This document shows positions 35,531-49,949 of a stretch of 64,000 nt of DNA, piece after piece. The stretch is from the NCBI RefSeq assembly GCF_026210795.1, contig NC_089434.1:1240001-1304000 (forward strand), given 5' to 3'. Position numbers and translations under genes: made by a program. Within the stretch, counting starts at the first letter, position 1. Every line of letters begins with the position of its first letter. The notes below the pieces were generated by a model. That model was not told the origin of the DNA. It saw only the letters and a program-made list of their open reading frames with translations, and did not search any database. Source of the stretch: Rhizophagus irregularis. Lineage: Eukaryota.

Positions 35531-37152
35531 CGTAAGGCATAACCTATAATTTAGGTCATTATAATAAAAATGAGCGATTAACTTAGTAATTAATATTTAT
35601 TCTTTCATAAAAAACATGCACAAAGAAAAAAAACTATTCATTAAGATAAAAATTAATAAATTTACACGACTCTCAAAATAATTTAGTTAAATGATATTTG
35701 TACAAAATAAAAAGACAAAATATAAAAAATGCACAAAAACTGTTCAACGTGAAAATAATTTATTGAATTTGAATATACTTCTTGTAATTACTATAAAAAA
35801 AAAGAATCAAGTAAATAAGGATTAAGGAACATCCGTTTTGACCTGCGGTTTAATGAAATGTTATGATGAAAATTTTGTAAAGTTTTAATCGTAATTGATT
35901 AATCACTTGAATATTCATGAAAAATTTTGATTTTTTGATTTTAAATGAATTAATAGAAAACTTTTTTAACTTCGTTAGTTTCGTCATTAGAATCTACATT
36001 TTTAACAATACGTACACAAAAATAACAATGTCTAATTTAATATCTAAATTTAATATCAAAATTGCTATATATTAAAATCTAAGTGACGTGAGGGGCAATG
36101 TTTTTTGACTGTATGGATCGTATACGGTTGACAAGTTTCTTAACTGGATTAAAATCCAAAATAACCAGTTAAAAACTTTATAATGCATAAAGAATCTTTT
36201 CTATTTTAAATTTTATTCATGATAAAATTGAAAAAAAAAGTTGTAAAATTTTAATTTATGTCAATTAAAACAAACTATCGCAAATGATTCTTCAATCGAT
36301 TTTAATCTGGAACCGCTGAATATTGCAATCTGGTTGAATACATCTATGATCTATCTGGTTCTTGTCCATCACATTTGATTGAAAATTTGAAAATGTTATA
36401 TTTATATATCTTATACATAAAATAAAAAATAATAATACCGGTAATAAAATAAATAAAAACATTAACGATCTTAAAGAAAACATACTGATATTTATTTTTC
36501 TTTCATAATATTTTTTAGCGCTCTATTAATTTCCATATAAACGAATTTAGCAATAATATAAAATTTTGGATTCTCGTATCTATATTCTATTTCCTTGCAA
36601 AAAAGTATTCTTAATTTATTATCAATTTTATTTATTACACAGGTCAAAATGTTCAAACTATATCAGGTGGTAATCAAAAAAAAATAATCTCATAAACTTA
36701 TTTCTTTTCAAGCGGTATTTCATGTTGGAATTACACCTGTTATGTTAAAAATGGATATTGACGTGGAATTAAAACAAATATATTGAAATAACATTTCAAC
36801 AAATTCTTTTTAAGTACACGTAGTTTTTACTCTCAAATTCAATTTCAATCATTGAAAGAATTCGTTCAAATGATTAGAAAACATTTTTTTTTTTAAACAT
36901 AAAAATTTTAAATTTTATTTAAAATAAAGAGTTAATAATTTATTATATATATAAAAGTAAATCGAATTATTCAAACTAAGAACTGTTGTAAGAAAAGTTA
37001 CTACTCTAATCTTAGTGTTTAAATAATTTATAATTTGAAATAAAATACAAGTAAAAAAAAATTAAAATATTTAAAATATTTTTATAATAATTAACGAAAA
37101 ATAAATTAATTATAACGAGATTGAATTGATGAAAGTTGACAATAAAAATAAT

Positions 37153-38933
37153 TTATAATTCATTTGTATCTAAATAAATATTTATAAATAATATAAGTTA
37201 GTAATTTGAAGAAATATATTTTCGTATTTTAAAAATAACAAATTTTTACCATCAGGAATTTCCAGATAATTTTGTTCTTTAGAGTGAAGATTTGGGTTGT
37301 TACCACTATAGAATGCTATTTAAAATAAAATATTTTAATTTAATCGGACCGCATCAAAAGATTCATATAAAAGTTGATAAGTTTATATTACCTTCTAATT
37401 CTTCTATTGATTATTTAATATAAAAAATAGTAACGTTAATTAATATTGTAATATATTTTTAAATAATAGAAATAATACATATTAAATATAATACCTTTTG
37501 TTGCATTTCTTGGTTCTGGTAAATTTTTAAAGTGATGAATCTTACTTGTAAATAATCTACTATGTATATTATTTGTTAACTGTAGCTCATTATTAATTTC
37601 CGGTTGAAATGATTCATCTGGTGTACTTTGATAACGTAAATTCATTTCTTGTATCCTATACCAAAGTGTATAAGTATTAGGCCTTTTTGATGGATCAGCA
37701 TCCCAACATTGTTCCATTAATTCTTTATATTCTACAGGAATTCCTGGTACTATTCTTGGCCTTATACCATTAATAATATTCATCGCCATACCGTAATCAT
37801 GTTCATAATTTATAAATGGTGGTTGTTCAGATGAAATTTCCCACATAAGCATTGCAATACTATAAATATCAGATTTAATAGTATATTCTCTTCCAATAAT
37901 AACTTCTGGTGCTATGTAAGGAAGATTTCCATATATATTCGTTGATGATTTATCAGCTGGTCCACAAAATCCAAGATCACTAATAAACCAATGGCTATTA
38001 AGTTGTGAATACAATATATTTCCCGAATGCAAATCCCTATGAATTGCATTCTCTTTATGAATAAAATAAAGTGCCCTGGCTATTTCAAAAGTTATATTGA
38101 TTTTTTGTTTCCATGTAAGTTGATTACGATTCTGTTGTAAATATTCTCTTAAACTTAAATCCATTATACCTATTACAAGCATATAATTTCCATTTGATAT
38201 GTTTTGTGTTAAACCATAACATTGAACAATATCTGGCCATTTATTACTTATAGTTAAATGTGATTTAACCTATAATTAAAAGAGTCGGTTACTATAAAAA
38301 CTGATTAATTATTATTTCTTTTAAAATATTTAAATTACAAACCTCTTCAAACCATTTTTGATTTGCATTTTCAACATTTTTTAATTCTTTAAGGACAACG
38401 TATTGATCACCAAATCTTTCTAATTGTTGTTTTTTAGAATCCCATTCTTCATATTTTCCATTAATCAAAACTGCTTTATAAATTTCAGAGAAACCACCTT
38501 TTGTTAAATGCTTTATATTTTGTAAATTATTATATGGAATCCATTCAACTATCACATCTGGTCTAGCTAATTCCATTTGACATTTTTGGATTAAATTATC
38601 AATATCATCATTTCCAGATGTCCAATTTGAGAATTTTGCTTTTAAATAATTTCTAACACAAAATTCACAATATAATGAAGCTAAACATTTTTGATTACAA
38701 TTTTCACAAGTTCTTTTTGTTCCTGAATTAAAAAGAATTTTATCTCGATCATAATCTTTAGTTAACCGTCTTATTGCATAAGTTTTTTCATCTTCTGTAA
38801 GAGAATTATCAGCAAGAACTGTTTGTTTCTTAAATTCATGCCGTTTGTGTATATCATTGTGGACACTATAATTTATCAATGCATGTGATTTACTAATTGC
38901 TGCATAAATAATTTCTTTTCGAATAGAAGACAT
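37153..38933 (-). CDS. TKL-type protein kinase paralogue 2 (apparently intact, shortened C-tail)
   Basis: Exon 1 38933-38343, exon 2 38269-37495, micro-exon 37403-37392, fused AF/NNPNLHS exon, probable last exon to TAA 37153; kinase motifs present; N-terminal CxxCxxxC...CxxC cluster. Confidence 0.85.
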
Positions 38934-41211
38934 GGAATTTTTTTTTAAAAAGATTTAAAGTGAAAGATTTTTATAAATTGAAATTAGTACAAAAAAAAAA
39001 AAAAAAAAATAGGTTGAACGGAATTTATTTAGAGTTGGTGCAACTTACTCAGTGTCGCACAAAATGTTTCACCGAGATCTCATGATCAACATGACACAAT
39101 AACAAATATTAGTCACGTTATCTGTCATTTGTCTATCACGTTTATTTTTTTTTTGAAAAGTTTCATCATTTTTTTTTCATCATGTAAAATGATTGTAGTA
39201 AACTGGATCAATCATTTAGACTAAATAAAAAAGAACTGGCACAAATAATTTTAGAATAAATTCTTGGAGGAACTGCCTCTAGATCGGGGCTCAATTGTAA
39301 ATTCATAATTTTTTAGCGAGTTTATTTAAATATACGACCCTATAAAAAATTTTTATCCGAATATTTCCATTATTTCTCCATGTCTTCCGTAAAAATTCCG
39401 TGAAAATGATACATTCACGGAAAAAACATGGAAAGATAAAACACGGATCAGATTTTTTACAGGGCGAGTTAATATTTGATTGAACGATTCGGTTGAAATA
39501 CATATAAGGAGAGCTAGTATACCTTCATATACAAATACAGGAAATTTTTCCTGCAAACTTTTAACTATAAATGACGAATTTATGTAAGGTTTCATTTAGT
39601 TCAAAAACAAAAAATTGTCAGAATTACAAATTATCGATGTTGAAGTAAGTTTTCTTAACAAAGGTATTGTTATACGCAAAGTTTTAATGAATAGACTAAT
39701 TAAAGTTTAGTTTAGTTAAGAAGATACGTGTATTAAATGTAGATACAACACTTATTGCATTATGTAATATGTGAATTTTATGAATTAAGTAACTTGCGCA
39801 GAATTTTCTCACGTCATTATTTTGGCCGAAATTATTGTAAATTCTAGTTCGAAGTTACTAGAATGTCAGTCCAACTTTTAACTTGATTCTGAGATTGAAT
39901 TACTTCGTTGTACTATGTTAATCACTTATTTTGGCAAGTATCCTTGATTGATAGCAGATAATACTGGCATATGATCTCTAAAGTGTTAAAGTCGGTTAAA
40001 AAATTATTAACAGCCCGTAGTTGGTTTATTTGAAAATAACACAAACCATGTTGTAGTACAAGTGGATGAATAATTCATATTTTTTTAAAAAAAGAATACT
40101 TTTGATAGTGAAGTAAATATATTTTAGTTCGTGTATTTTATTGACAAATTCGTTTATAAATTACCAACTTTTTTTTCATGATGTTCTCAATTACGTGTAT
40201 TGTAACAATTTCCAAACAAGTCGTAAATGGTCTTTTTATCAAGGTTTAAAACATAATTGGCATCTATCCAGGTTAGATTTTACTAAAAGAATTAATACCA
40301 AAATCTCATAAAGGAATAATTATAATAATAATGTCGAATCAGGTTGTAAATGAAAAATCAGTGATCGACACGAGGGAAATTTTAAATCTTTTGTGCGACA
40401 CAAATTACGCGTCATAAAATTTTATCATAAATGGTTCAAATGGTTCATTATCAAAAAATAATTACAAAATTCTCCCTAAAATTTCTCTATAAAATTAAAA
40501 ATTTTATATACCCATATAAATTTTTTTTTTTTTAAAAATAATATCGAATATGTAATTTATTATTTGAAAATTTTGAACCAATAAAATTAATACTTAGTGA
40601 TTACTACTTTAATACGATTATATAAACATAAAATTAGGTGCTAATATTTTGATAGGCGTAAGAGGCGTAAGGTAAGAAATGCCCAATATGCCAAATTAGA
40701 TTGTAAATGATAATCGAAGCAATTTTTTTTTACTATAAAAAAAAATTAAAAATTCATATGGGAATGAAAGTTAAGATGATTTCTTTACTTTTTCGGAATC
40801 GAAAAAATATACATATTCATAAAGTTACCGAATAGTCAATTGCAAAGCGAATTTTCCTCCATTAGTTTTTTATACAACTATATACGGGAAAATTTTTGCT
40901 GATATGCAAAGTTTGGTTGTAAATCAGTTTATAATCAACATTTTAACTATTTATACCCCTGATTCATTACTAAAATGCTGCATTCGTTTCAAGAGCAGAA
41001 AATCTAGTGCTTTTTTCTTGTTTATTTAATTACAAGTTGTTATCTTTTAAATCTTGTAAATATTGCGATTGTTGCTTCTCCTCCACTGTCTGAACGTCCT
41101 ACTTTCTATTTTTAATAAAGTTTTTAAATATTTCCTATATTAATATAAAGTAACTTCTATAAAGATAACCAAAGAACAATATACTTCTATTAATATTTAC
41201 AATTCATTAAG

Positions 41212-41487
41212 ATGTCTGAAAAAGTTGGTGTTGAAATAAATACATGTACTGATTTGATAAAATTTGAAGCTGGAGGACTCAAAGCAATATCTGGACTTAA
41301 TGTTGATACAGGAAAATGTACTGATTTGATAAAAGTTGAAGCTGAAGGTCTTAAAGCAAGTGTTGATACAGGTGCATCAATTAGCAGCGATGGTGTAGAA
41401 GCTAATGTTGCAGGCTTAGATCTTAAAGTCGGAAAAGTAACAGGACTCAGCACACCTTTGGGAGAGTTTGAAAGTAATCATATTTAA
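41212..41487 (+). CDS. Small Gly-rich beta-repeat protein (91 aa), unknown function; possibly a rearranged copy
   Basis: Intact ORF; internal duplication CTDLIK.EA.GLKA; motif GLNVDTG...DGVEA.VAG...KVGK.TG.STP.GE. Confidence 0.6.
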   Translation: MSEKVGVEINTCTDLIKFEAGGLKAISGLNVDTGKCTDLIKVEAEGLKASVDTGASISSDGVEANVAGLDLKVGKVTGLSTPLGEFESNHI

Positions 41488-42856
41488 ACTGGTCAATGGA
41501 GATCATTATTTCTATATTTTTATTATTTTTATTTTTATTTTTATTTTCCCCATTATTATACATCGTGAAATCTTCAGTTATATTTGATAGCAATGTTAAA
41601 TTTTTTTTATTTCATACTATCTACATCAATTTAGTATAGCCTTAATTTACATCTTTGATTTATGTAAATTGTTTTAAATTTTCTTTCGTATTTGGATTTG
41701 TTCTACAAATAAAGTTATTGTTATACTATAAAGTAACAACACGTATGTTTTACTGATTGTTAATTGGTTTTAATGAAGTGTAATTCAAATTTCTACTTTA
41801 ATAGTAACTACAAAATATTGATCTGACCTTTGAAATTTTGACAATGGAAAGTCATTTATTAATAATTGTTTATAAAGCAAAGAAAGCACAAATCATTGTT
41901 CGAATATAACAAACTAATTCGTCCAATAGGGCGCCTGTTTTTCTTTAGTCTGATTATTCCGTTATCGATATTGATCAAGATCGATTAAGAACTAATGTTA
42001 CAATAGTAAAATTTTAACAATTATTTCTATTACATTTGTCTTTTGGAAATATCTCGGAATACTCCGAACTCCACTTTCATGAGAATGATTCATTATGGAT
42101 ACTCAAATTTGATTATAATAAATTATATAAATATAATAAATAAATAATTATTGCTATTTAATTTCTCAAGATTTTAAGATTTAAGATTCGCCTATATCTA
42201 AAATATTTTTATTCGTCAATTGTCATATATCAGATAAGCCACTAGACTTCACTAAAAGTAGTAATATTTTGAAGGAACGTGTTTACCTCCTTTTAGACTA
42301 TTGAACAATGACTATCTGAAACTCTACTGTATGACCAATAGAGCGATTAAATACAATTACCATATACTATTGAACGTAAAAAAATTCTTATTTGGCAATA
42401 CTGGGTTATTAAATATATGTTAAAATATTAAGTCAATGTAATTGCAGTATACTTTTTATTTCATAAGGTAAACATGCATATTATGCAAACTTGCTATAAG
42501 CCAAATATTAGCCGAATTCTATAATTTATAGTATACAGTGTGAAAAAATATACTTGATTACACTTGTAACCGTCAATATCGACATGGGATATTTTTTTTA
42601 GAAAAATTAATTAAAAAAAAAACACATTTATTTAAGATTATTAAGTATTTAAATAGACACAATTTGATCTTGATCATACTTTTCATTTATAAGTCGAGAC
42701 TCCTTATAAAAAGATTAAAAAGGTTTAAGCTTTAATTTGATCTTAGAATTGTGTAAATTGTGTGACTCAAATTGTGCGACTCAAATCTGTGGCTTACAAT
42801 AATAATAAATAGAGAATTATATCTTTTTTTCCCCCAACATTTCAAGATTTTGAAAT

Positions 42857-44370
42857 ATGTCACATCTCGTTGAAGATTGTCTTAGGATTATTTTTACTGA
42901 ATTGAAATATGTTCCAAATTCTTTATATTCATATTTTGGTGAATAGATTTTAGTGTATTATAGGAGTACAAATATTATGGGAAAAACCTCATGAGTTTCT
43001 TCTTAATCATCGAAATTTAAAAAGAGTTTCTTATATTATAGGAAATCATGAAATTTTACAATTTATTAAATTTTATAATATAATAATTGACTTATTACCA
43101 ACATCTTTAAAAAAGTTATTAATTGAAAATAATGTTATTTCAATTTCAATTCCTTTTTCAAATAAACCATTATTTAATTATATTAGTTTTTCTTCCGAAA
43201 TTTCATCAAATCTTATCATTGATATGGGGTTTGGATTAATTAAAGAAGTAATTAATTCTAATGAATATCAAGAAAAATATAAAATATTGGAACAAGAATA
43301 TTATAAATTATTTATTAATAATTGTAAGAATATTACATATTTTCGTTGGTATACAACATTACCCTTATATCAATATCCTGGGGCATCAACTTGCTTTTCT
43401 CAACTCCGTACCCTTTATATTACATGTAATGAAAGTTTGATTTCAGATAATTTATTAGGAATGGCACAAATTTGTCAAGATATTGAAAATTTGAAATTAT
43501 GGAATTGTGATAAATATATTCCAGGATTAATAAAATTTATTGATAATCAAAAAATTTTACAAATCACTTTACTTACATAACGAAAAAAGTGAAATGAAAT
43601 GTATACAATTAAGTGAAACAATAGAAAAAAAAAGCAGTTACATTAAAACGATTTACTTTAGAGAACGTCATGCTCTCACCAAAATTCTTGCTATCATTAA
43701 TAAATTTAGAGCAATTAAAGCTTATAATTGAACGTCGCTGTTATTCATCAGAACAAGATATACAAGAATGGAAAAAGTATTTATTAATTGCTTCTTTTCC
43801 AAAACTTCAATATCTCGAAACACAATATTTATCACCTCATGGAGTTTGTAGGTTAATTGAAAATTCTCAAAACATTAAAGAAATTAATATATGGAATGAA
43901 TTTTGGGGGAAGAAGTTTTATATGAGATAAAATTATTCAAAGTAATTGCTAAAAATTGTCCAAATATTGAAAGATTAAGTATTAATACTTATTTGAAAAA
44001 TTTAGGTGGTGTGAAAGAAATTATCTTAAATTGTAATAAATTAAGAAAATTAGAAATTTTTATAAATTTTGAAGATGATGATGATGATCATGAACGTGAA
44101 ATTATTTGTGATGAAATATTAAATTATTTATTAAATTATTCATCAAGAAATTTTGATGAATTTGCTTTTGATCAAGATTGGAGATTTTCAGTTAATAATC
44201 TAAAAAATTTTTTTGAAGGTTGGAGAGGTAGAAACCCAATTAAATTTGTCACACATTTTCATAAATGTCATCATTTTACCCAAAAGCATATTGAAATTGT
44301 ACAGGAATATTATGATGAAGGAGTAATTGATAAAGATACTAGATCTTTATATGGAGTGAACGATTTTTAA
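42857..44370 (+). pseudogene. F-box / RNI-like LRR protein, frameshifted
   Basis: Starts MSHLVEDCLRIIFTEL...LVNRF* (F-box-like) then ILW. LRR-like segments in shifting frames (43224, 43540, 43670, 43903 ORFs: IAKNCPNIERLSI, ILNCNKLRKLEI, LKNFFEGWRGR). Confidence 0.85.
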
Positions 44371-46595
44371 TGTTATAATTATACTTTCTATTTTTTTCAT
44401 TATATATTCTATTTTTCATTATATATTCTATTCTTTTTTACATTTTATATTCTACTTTTTTTTACTAATAAAGTTATAATTAGTAATTATTAATAAAATT
44501 GTTTTTCTTTATGGTAATATGTTGTATCCATTGCAAAAAGTATATTTCATTTTTTTGTAGAAACGCAACATATATAATTTCCGTTTGAATTAATATTCTT
44601 CATATGTGGGAAGTGAATAGATCTCGCGATCTTGCTATTTATAGTATTTACGTTAAAATGTCAAAATTAATTCAATACTGTGTAATTCATTTTCACGTTA
44701 TATTTTAATACTCGATTTGATTTTATAGCGGAAGCAGCGATTCATTGTATGAGTATCTTAAAGGAACACGGGTTATTAACTGGAGGTATATATTATTAAT
44801 TATTTCTTTTTATAACCTTACAAATAATTATGTCATTTATATTTAGCTGCCAAATACTTAATTGTTGATTGTAATAATGAGGAAAAACGTAGAAAGTTCA
44901 ATAGAAGACTATACTAAACAACTAAAAGCGTCCGTCCAATTTTTTTTATTCATCAATGGTATTCATTTTTTTTTTTTGCTAGTAAATAATTTCATTGTAG
45001 TTAACATTCGTATGAATTGTGAAATGTGTGGGAAGTGTGATAAAAAAATTTATGATCAAATATGATTAATTCTGAATATAATATATTTACATTATTGCAA
45101 TTCATCAGTTCACGAGTTAAATTTTTAAATTAATTAATGCATGACATTTAATCATTTGGTTATATTTTAAAAAAATTAAAGTATAAATGTAGGCCAAAAT
45201 TATAGTGCTGACCGACATTAATCTCAAATGGCTCGAGGATTTTACATCATTATATATATATATATATCTTCATTCATTATATATATATATACATATATCT
45301 TCATTTATGGCGGTGATTTTTATCGCATAATCATGAGAGTAGGTTGTGTTGGCGCTGTTCGTGCAATTTGCATACTTTTCATATATACCATCAATTGCCC
45401 ACAAATAATTTTTTCATCAACATTTTCCGAACGTAACATACCTTTTTTTACTGTAACCGAACGTATAGTATACAACACAAATGTCAGATATCGTAGATTT
45501 TACTTCTACTTCCGCTAAAAATAAATCATTTACGTTAACCTCTACAACTCAATGGAATCTTCGAAAAATTACGTTGATATGAGTAGTAAATTTTTGTGTT
45601 TTAATTTTGACTGTCACGCACACTTTTTTTGGAAAGTTCCAATATGATGACTGCAATATATCTGTATTGTTTATTAATGAATGTTGCTAATGATTCTATT
45701 AGTTAATCGCTGATATTAATAAAAAGATAGCAGAGGAGAAGAAGTTGAAGGGACCTGAGCAGAAAGTTGTTAAAATTTCCTTACCTCAAATAGATTCTAA
45801 AGTTTATTTTGACGTACTTGATTCCATTTACAACAATAACAACATATTTCAAGCTGATAGAATACTAGTATGAAGTATATTCATAATATGAACTATGAGT
45901 ACAGTACTCATTACAAAGAAACATTTATGGTTTGACATAGAAGTTTTGATATGAGTAGTTAATTCTTCATCAAATAGAATTTTTTCATAAGAATTTAGAT
46001 CAGGTGATTCAGGTAACTTAAATAAATTAAAGATTTATACATCATAATAAAAACAACTTAAAAATTTTCTGCATCATGAGAATGAGGCGCAAAATGTCTA
46101 AATTTATTTAGTTCGGCTAAGCTTACATAGTCCGATTCTCTTGTGACGTTTGAGTTATTTTATCAAAATTTTGCTCAAGAATAATTGAATAATTTTACCA
46201 AATATTATCCTAAATTACAAACTAAGAAAATTTTTAAGAACGTTTGCCCTGAATTTAAAATAAAAAAATAAAAATTTCACAAATAATTTAATTTTTTTTT
46301 TAAAAAAAAAATGACTTAAAATTCGCCTATATCTAAAATATTTAAATGATGACAAAATTTTTTAACAATTGTAAATCAACATGTCTATTCATTATTATTT
46401 CAAAACAATAAGATGAAAAATATATGGTCATTCAAAATAATTTAATTTAATTTAAATAAAATATAATTTTAATAAAAATTTTAATGTCCATTCATTCAGC
46501 CCACATTATTTTAATTTAATTGGATAAATGTCACATGATTCCAGTCACGCGTGACTAATAGTGCCGGCTGACACTAATATGCTTTTAGGGTTTGG

Positions 46596-46845
46596 CAGCT
46601 GATTTCATAATGTACGGGACACCTAATAGTTACCGAGAGACGACTCGGTAATTCGGTAAAACTCGGTAAAGTTCATAATAAGGTAAAACCATATTGTTAA
46701 ATTCGGAGCACTGGTCCGAGCACAGTGGTGTAGTTTTTATTTTATTCTGAGTTATACCGAATCTTACCGAGTTTCTCTCGGCATGGAGTAAAAATGATGG
46801 GTGTCCCGACTGTCCCGACTGTTCCGTACATTATGAAATCAGCTG
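46596..46845. mobile_element. MITE with 26-bp TIRs (hAT-like CAG...CTG ends)
   Basis: CAGCTGATTTCATAATGTACGGGACA versus TGTTCCGTACATTATGAAATCAGCTG; internal taccga/tcggta repeats; no matching TSD. Confidence 0.85.
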
Positions 46846-47505
46846 TAATTTAAGTCTTTGAGTGTTTATTCTTCGAGTCAATAAATATTTCATTTTAAAG
46901 TGAATGGATGAAGAGAAAATAATAATGAAGTATAAAGTATTTTCACACATTAAATATCGTAATATAAATTTAAAATATATCACTTATGATCTGTTTACTG
47001 CGCTGCTTAATGAGATTTTTGTTCAAATATCTCGAACTTAATTTACTCCTTCCTGAGAACGGCCTTTTACTCGTAATAAAATAAAATAAAGTCGTAATTA
47101 TTTTTCGTTTTGCACATTTTTATGATGTTATTCATCTCTTCAATAGTTTAATATGAATTATTTTTACCAAGATAAGTATCAATAAATCTTAATTGTGGAT
47201 TGAGCACATTAAAATGTAACTTCAATATTATAAATTATTTTAGTATATATACTTTTTAAACGCATTTTTAATTAATAATTAATAGATTTCATTTGAAAAT
47301 TATCAAGAAAAAACATTTTTTCTTAAAACAATGAATAAAAATATAAATTTATAAATTTTGAGAGTTAATAATTTTACATATATGAATTATTTAAATTACA
47401 AACTGAGAAATTTGTAAGGAACCTTACTATACTAATCTTTAGTGTTTAAATAATTTTATTAAAATATGAAAAAAAAATTAGTTGTAATGAGAGATGGTAA
47501 CAATA

Positions 47506-49949
47506 TTATAAAACCATTTTATCTAAATATCTAAAAAAAAAAAATATTTATAATAATAAAAGTTAGTAAATTAAATATTATTGAAAATTGCTAAATCTCA
47601 CCAGTGGTGATGTACTTTTGGCCGGAATTAAAATCCAATAAAACACTGGCCGGCATTACATAATAAATCCACCGTGATATTTAGCAATACCCGCATTTTT
47701 TAAAATAATGAATTTTTTGCCATTAGGAATTTCCAATTCATCTTGTTCTTCGGAATGAAGATTTGGGTTATTGTTTATTTCATCTTCATCATATTTAATA
47801 ACGAAATAAGAATAATTAAAAAAAAAATTTAAAAATAGTCATTAAAATGTGTATATTTTCTAGTCTTACCATTATAAATAACAATTGATCCTTTCGTTTT
47901 TTGCACTGTTTCTTATTATATTAATTGATATAAATTATGTTTAATGAATTTCGCGCTAAATAAATAATATTAGATTGTTTACTTACCATCATTTATTTGC
48001 AACTTTTCAAATGTTTCGGATAAATTTTTGCTATTTGCTAAATTTGAAAACACACAGTATTATTATTTATTTATCTAATTGTCATTAAAAAATTATCGAA
48101 ATCTATTAGTTACCTTTAAAAATACTGTGTATTACTATTACTCTGATTGCTTGATTTATTAAAATCATCAACTAAAGAAAATGTATAATTGATAATTGAA
48201 TAATATATCACTATATAATAAATTTACAATTTGAAAAATACTTACTATTAGTGGGAATACTAAAATCATATGGATTACTGTGAAATGCTATTTAAAATAA
48301 AATATTTAGTCAAAATATCAAAATGAATTATTGTATAAATAATCTGAAAATTAAAAAATTTATAGATATTAGATTAATAAATTTATATTACCTTCTAATT
48401 CCTCTATTTTTATTTTAATATAAAATAATGTGAAATTTATTATTATTTATGTATTAAGTAATAAAAAAATATACCCTAAACATAATACCTTCTGTTGCAT
48501 TTCTTGGTTCAGGTAGATTTTCAAATTGATGAATTTTACTTGTAAATAATCTACTATTCGTACTTATCAAGCTATTTGTTTCATTTAATTCCACATTATT
48601 ATATGTTTCTGATTGAAGTTATTCCTCCGATGTACTACTTTGATAATATAAATTCATTTCACTTATCTTTCCCCAAAATCGATATATGTCAGGTCTTTTT
48701 GATGGATCAGAATCCCAACATTGTTTCATTAAATTTTTATATTCAACAGGAGTTCCTGATACTATTCTTGGTCTAATACCATTAATGATATTCATTACAA
48801 GATTATAATCATGTTCATGATTAACAAATGGTGGTTGCCCAGATGAAATTTCCCACATAAGCATTGCAATACTATAAATATCAGATTTAAAAGTATATTC
48901 CTTTCCAATAATAACTTCTGGTGCTATGTAAGGAAGATTTCCATATATACATTTTGATGATTTATCAGCTGGCCCACAAAATCCAAGGTCACTAATAGAC
49001 CATTCATCACTAAATTGTAAATACAATATATTTCCTGAATGTAAATCTCTATGAATTGCATTTTCAAGATGAATAAAATAAAGTGCCTTAATTATATTAA
49101 AAGTAATATTGATTTTTTCTCTCCATGTAAGTTTACTATGATTTTGTTGTAAATATTGTCTCAAATTTATATCCATTATTTCCATTACAAGCATATACTT
49201 ATCATTTGATATATTTTGTGTTAAACCAAAACATTGGACAATTCCTGAGTTTTTACTGCTTGTAGTTAAATGTGATATAGCCTATGTAAGTTTTAAAAAT
49301 TTATTAATATATAAAACTAGTAACTGTAATAATAAATACATTATTTGGATTACAAAACCTCTTCAAACCAACTTTTATTTGCACTTTCAACATTTTCTAA
49401 CTCTTTAAGTATCACTTTTTGTCTCCCGAGTCTTTTTAATTGTTGTACCTTACAATCCCATTCATTATATCTTCCATCAATCCAAAATGCTGTATAAATT
49501 TCAGAGAAACCACCCTTTGTTAGATATCTGATATTTTGTAAATTATTATATGGAATCCATTCAACTATCATTCGTGGATGGTGTGTTTCCGATTGACATG
49601 CCTGGATTAGGTTATCAATATTAACATTTCTAGATGTCCAATTTGAAAATTTTGCTTTTAAATAATTTCGAACACAAATTTCACAATATAACGTAGCTAA
49701 ACATTTTTGTTTACAATTTTCACAAGTTCTTTTTGTTCCTGAATTATTACGAATTTTATCTCGATCATAACTTTGAACTATCACATTTATTGCATAAGTT
49801 TTTTCATCTTCTGTGAGAGAATTATCAGAAAGAATTGTTTGTTTTATAAATTCGTGTTTTTTGTGTATGTTATTGTGAACATTATAATTAATCAATGAAT
49901 ATGATTTATTGATTGCTGCATCAACAATTTCCTTTCGAATAGCAGACAT
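47506..49949 (-). CDS. TKL-type protein kinase paralogue 3 with a premature stop just after the kinase domain
   Basis: Exon 1 49949-49359, exon 2 from 49281. In-frame TAA at 48619-48621, where paralogues 2 and 4 have TCA; the frame continues to RLFTSKIHQF and all downstream exons remain. Confidence 0.8.
47587..47689. mobile_element. ~100-bp mini TIR insertion in the last intron of kinase 3
   Basis: attgctaaatctcac versus gtgatatttagcaat; absent from the equivalent intron of kinase 4 (~52870-52890). Confidence 0.6.

Noticed and set aside
39303..39595. Two short minus-strand ORFs upstream of kinase 2
   Set aside because: No motifs or paralogue support; probably a repeat remnant.
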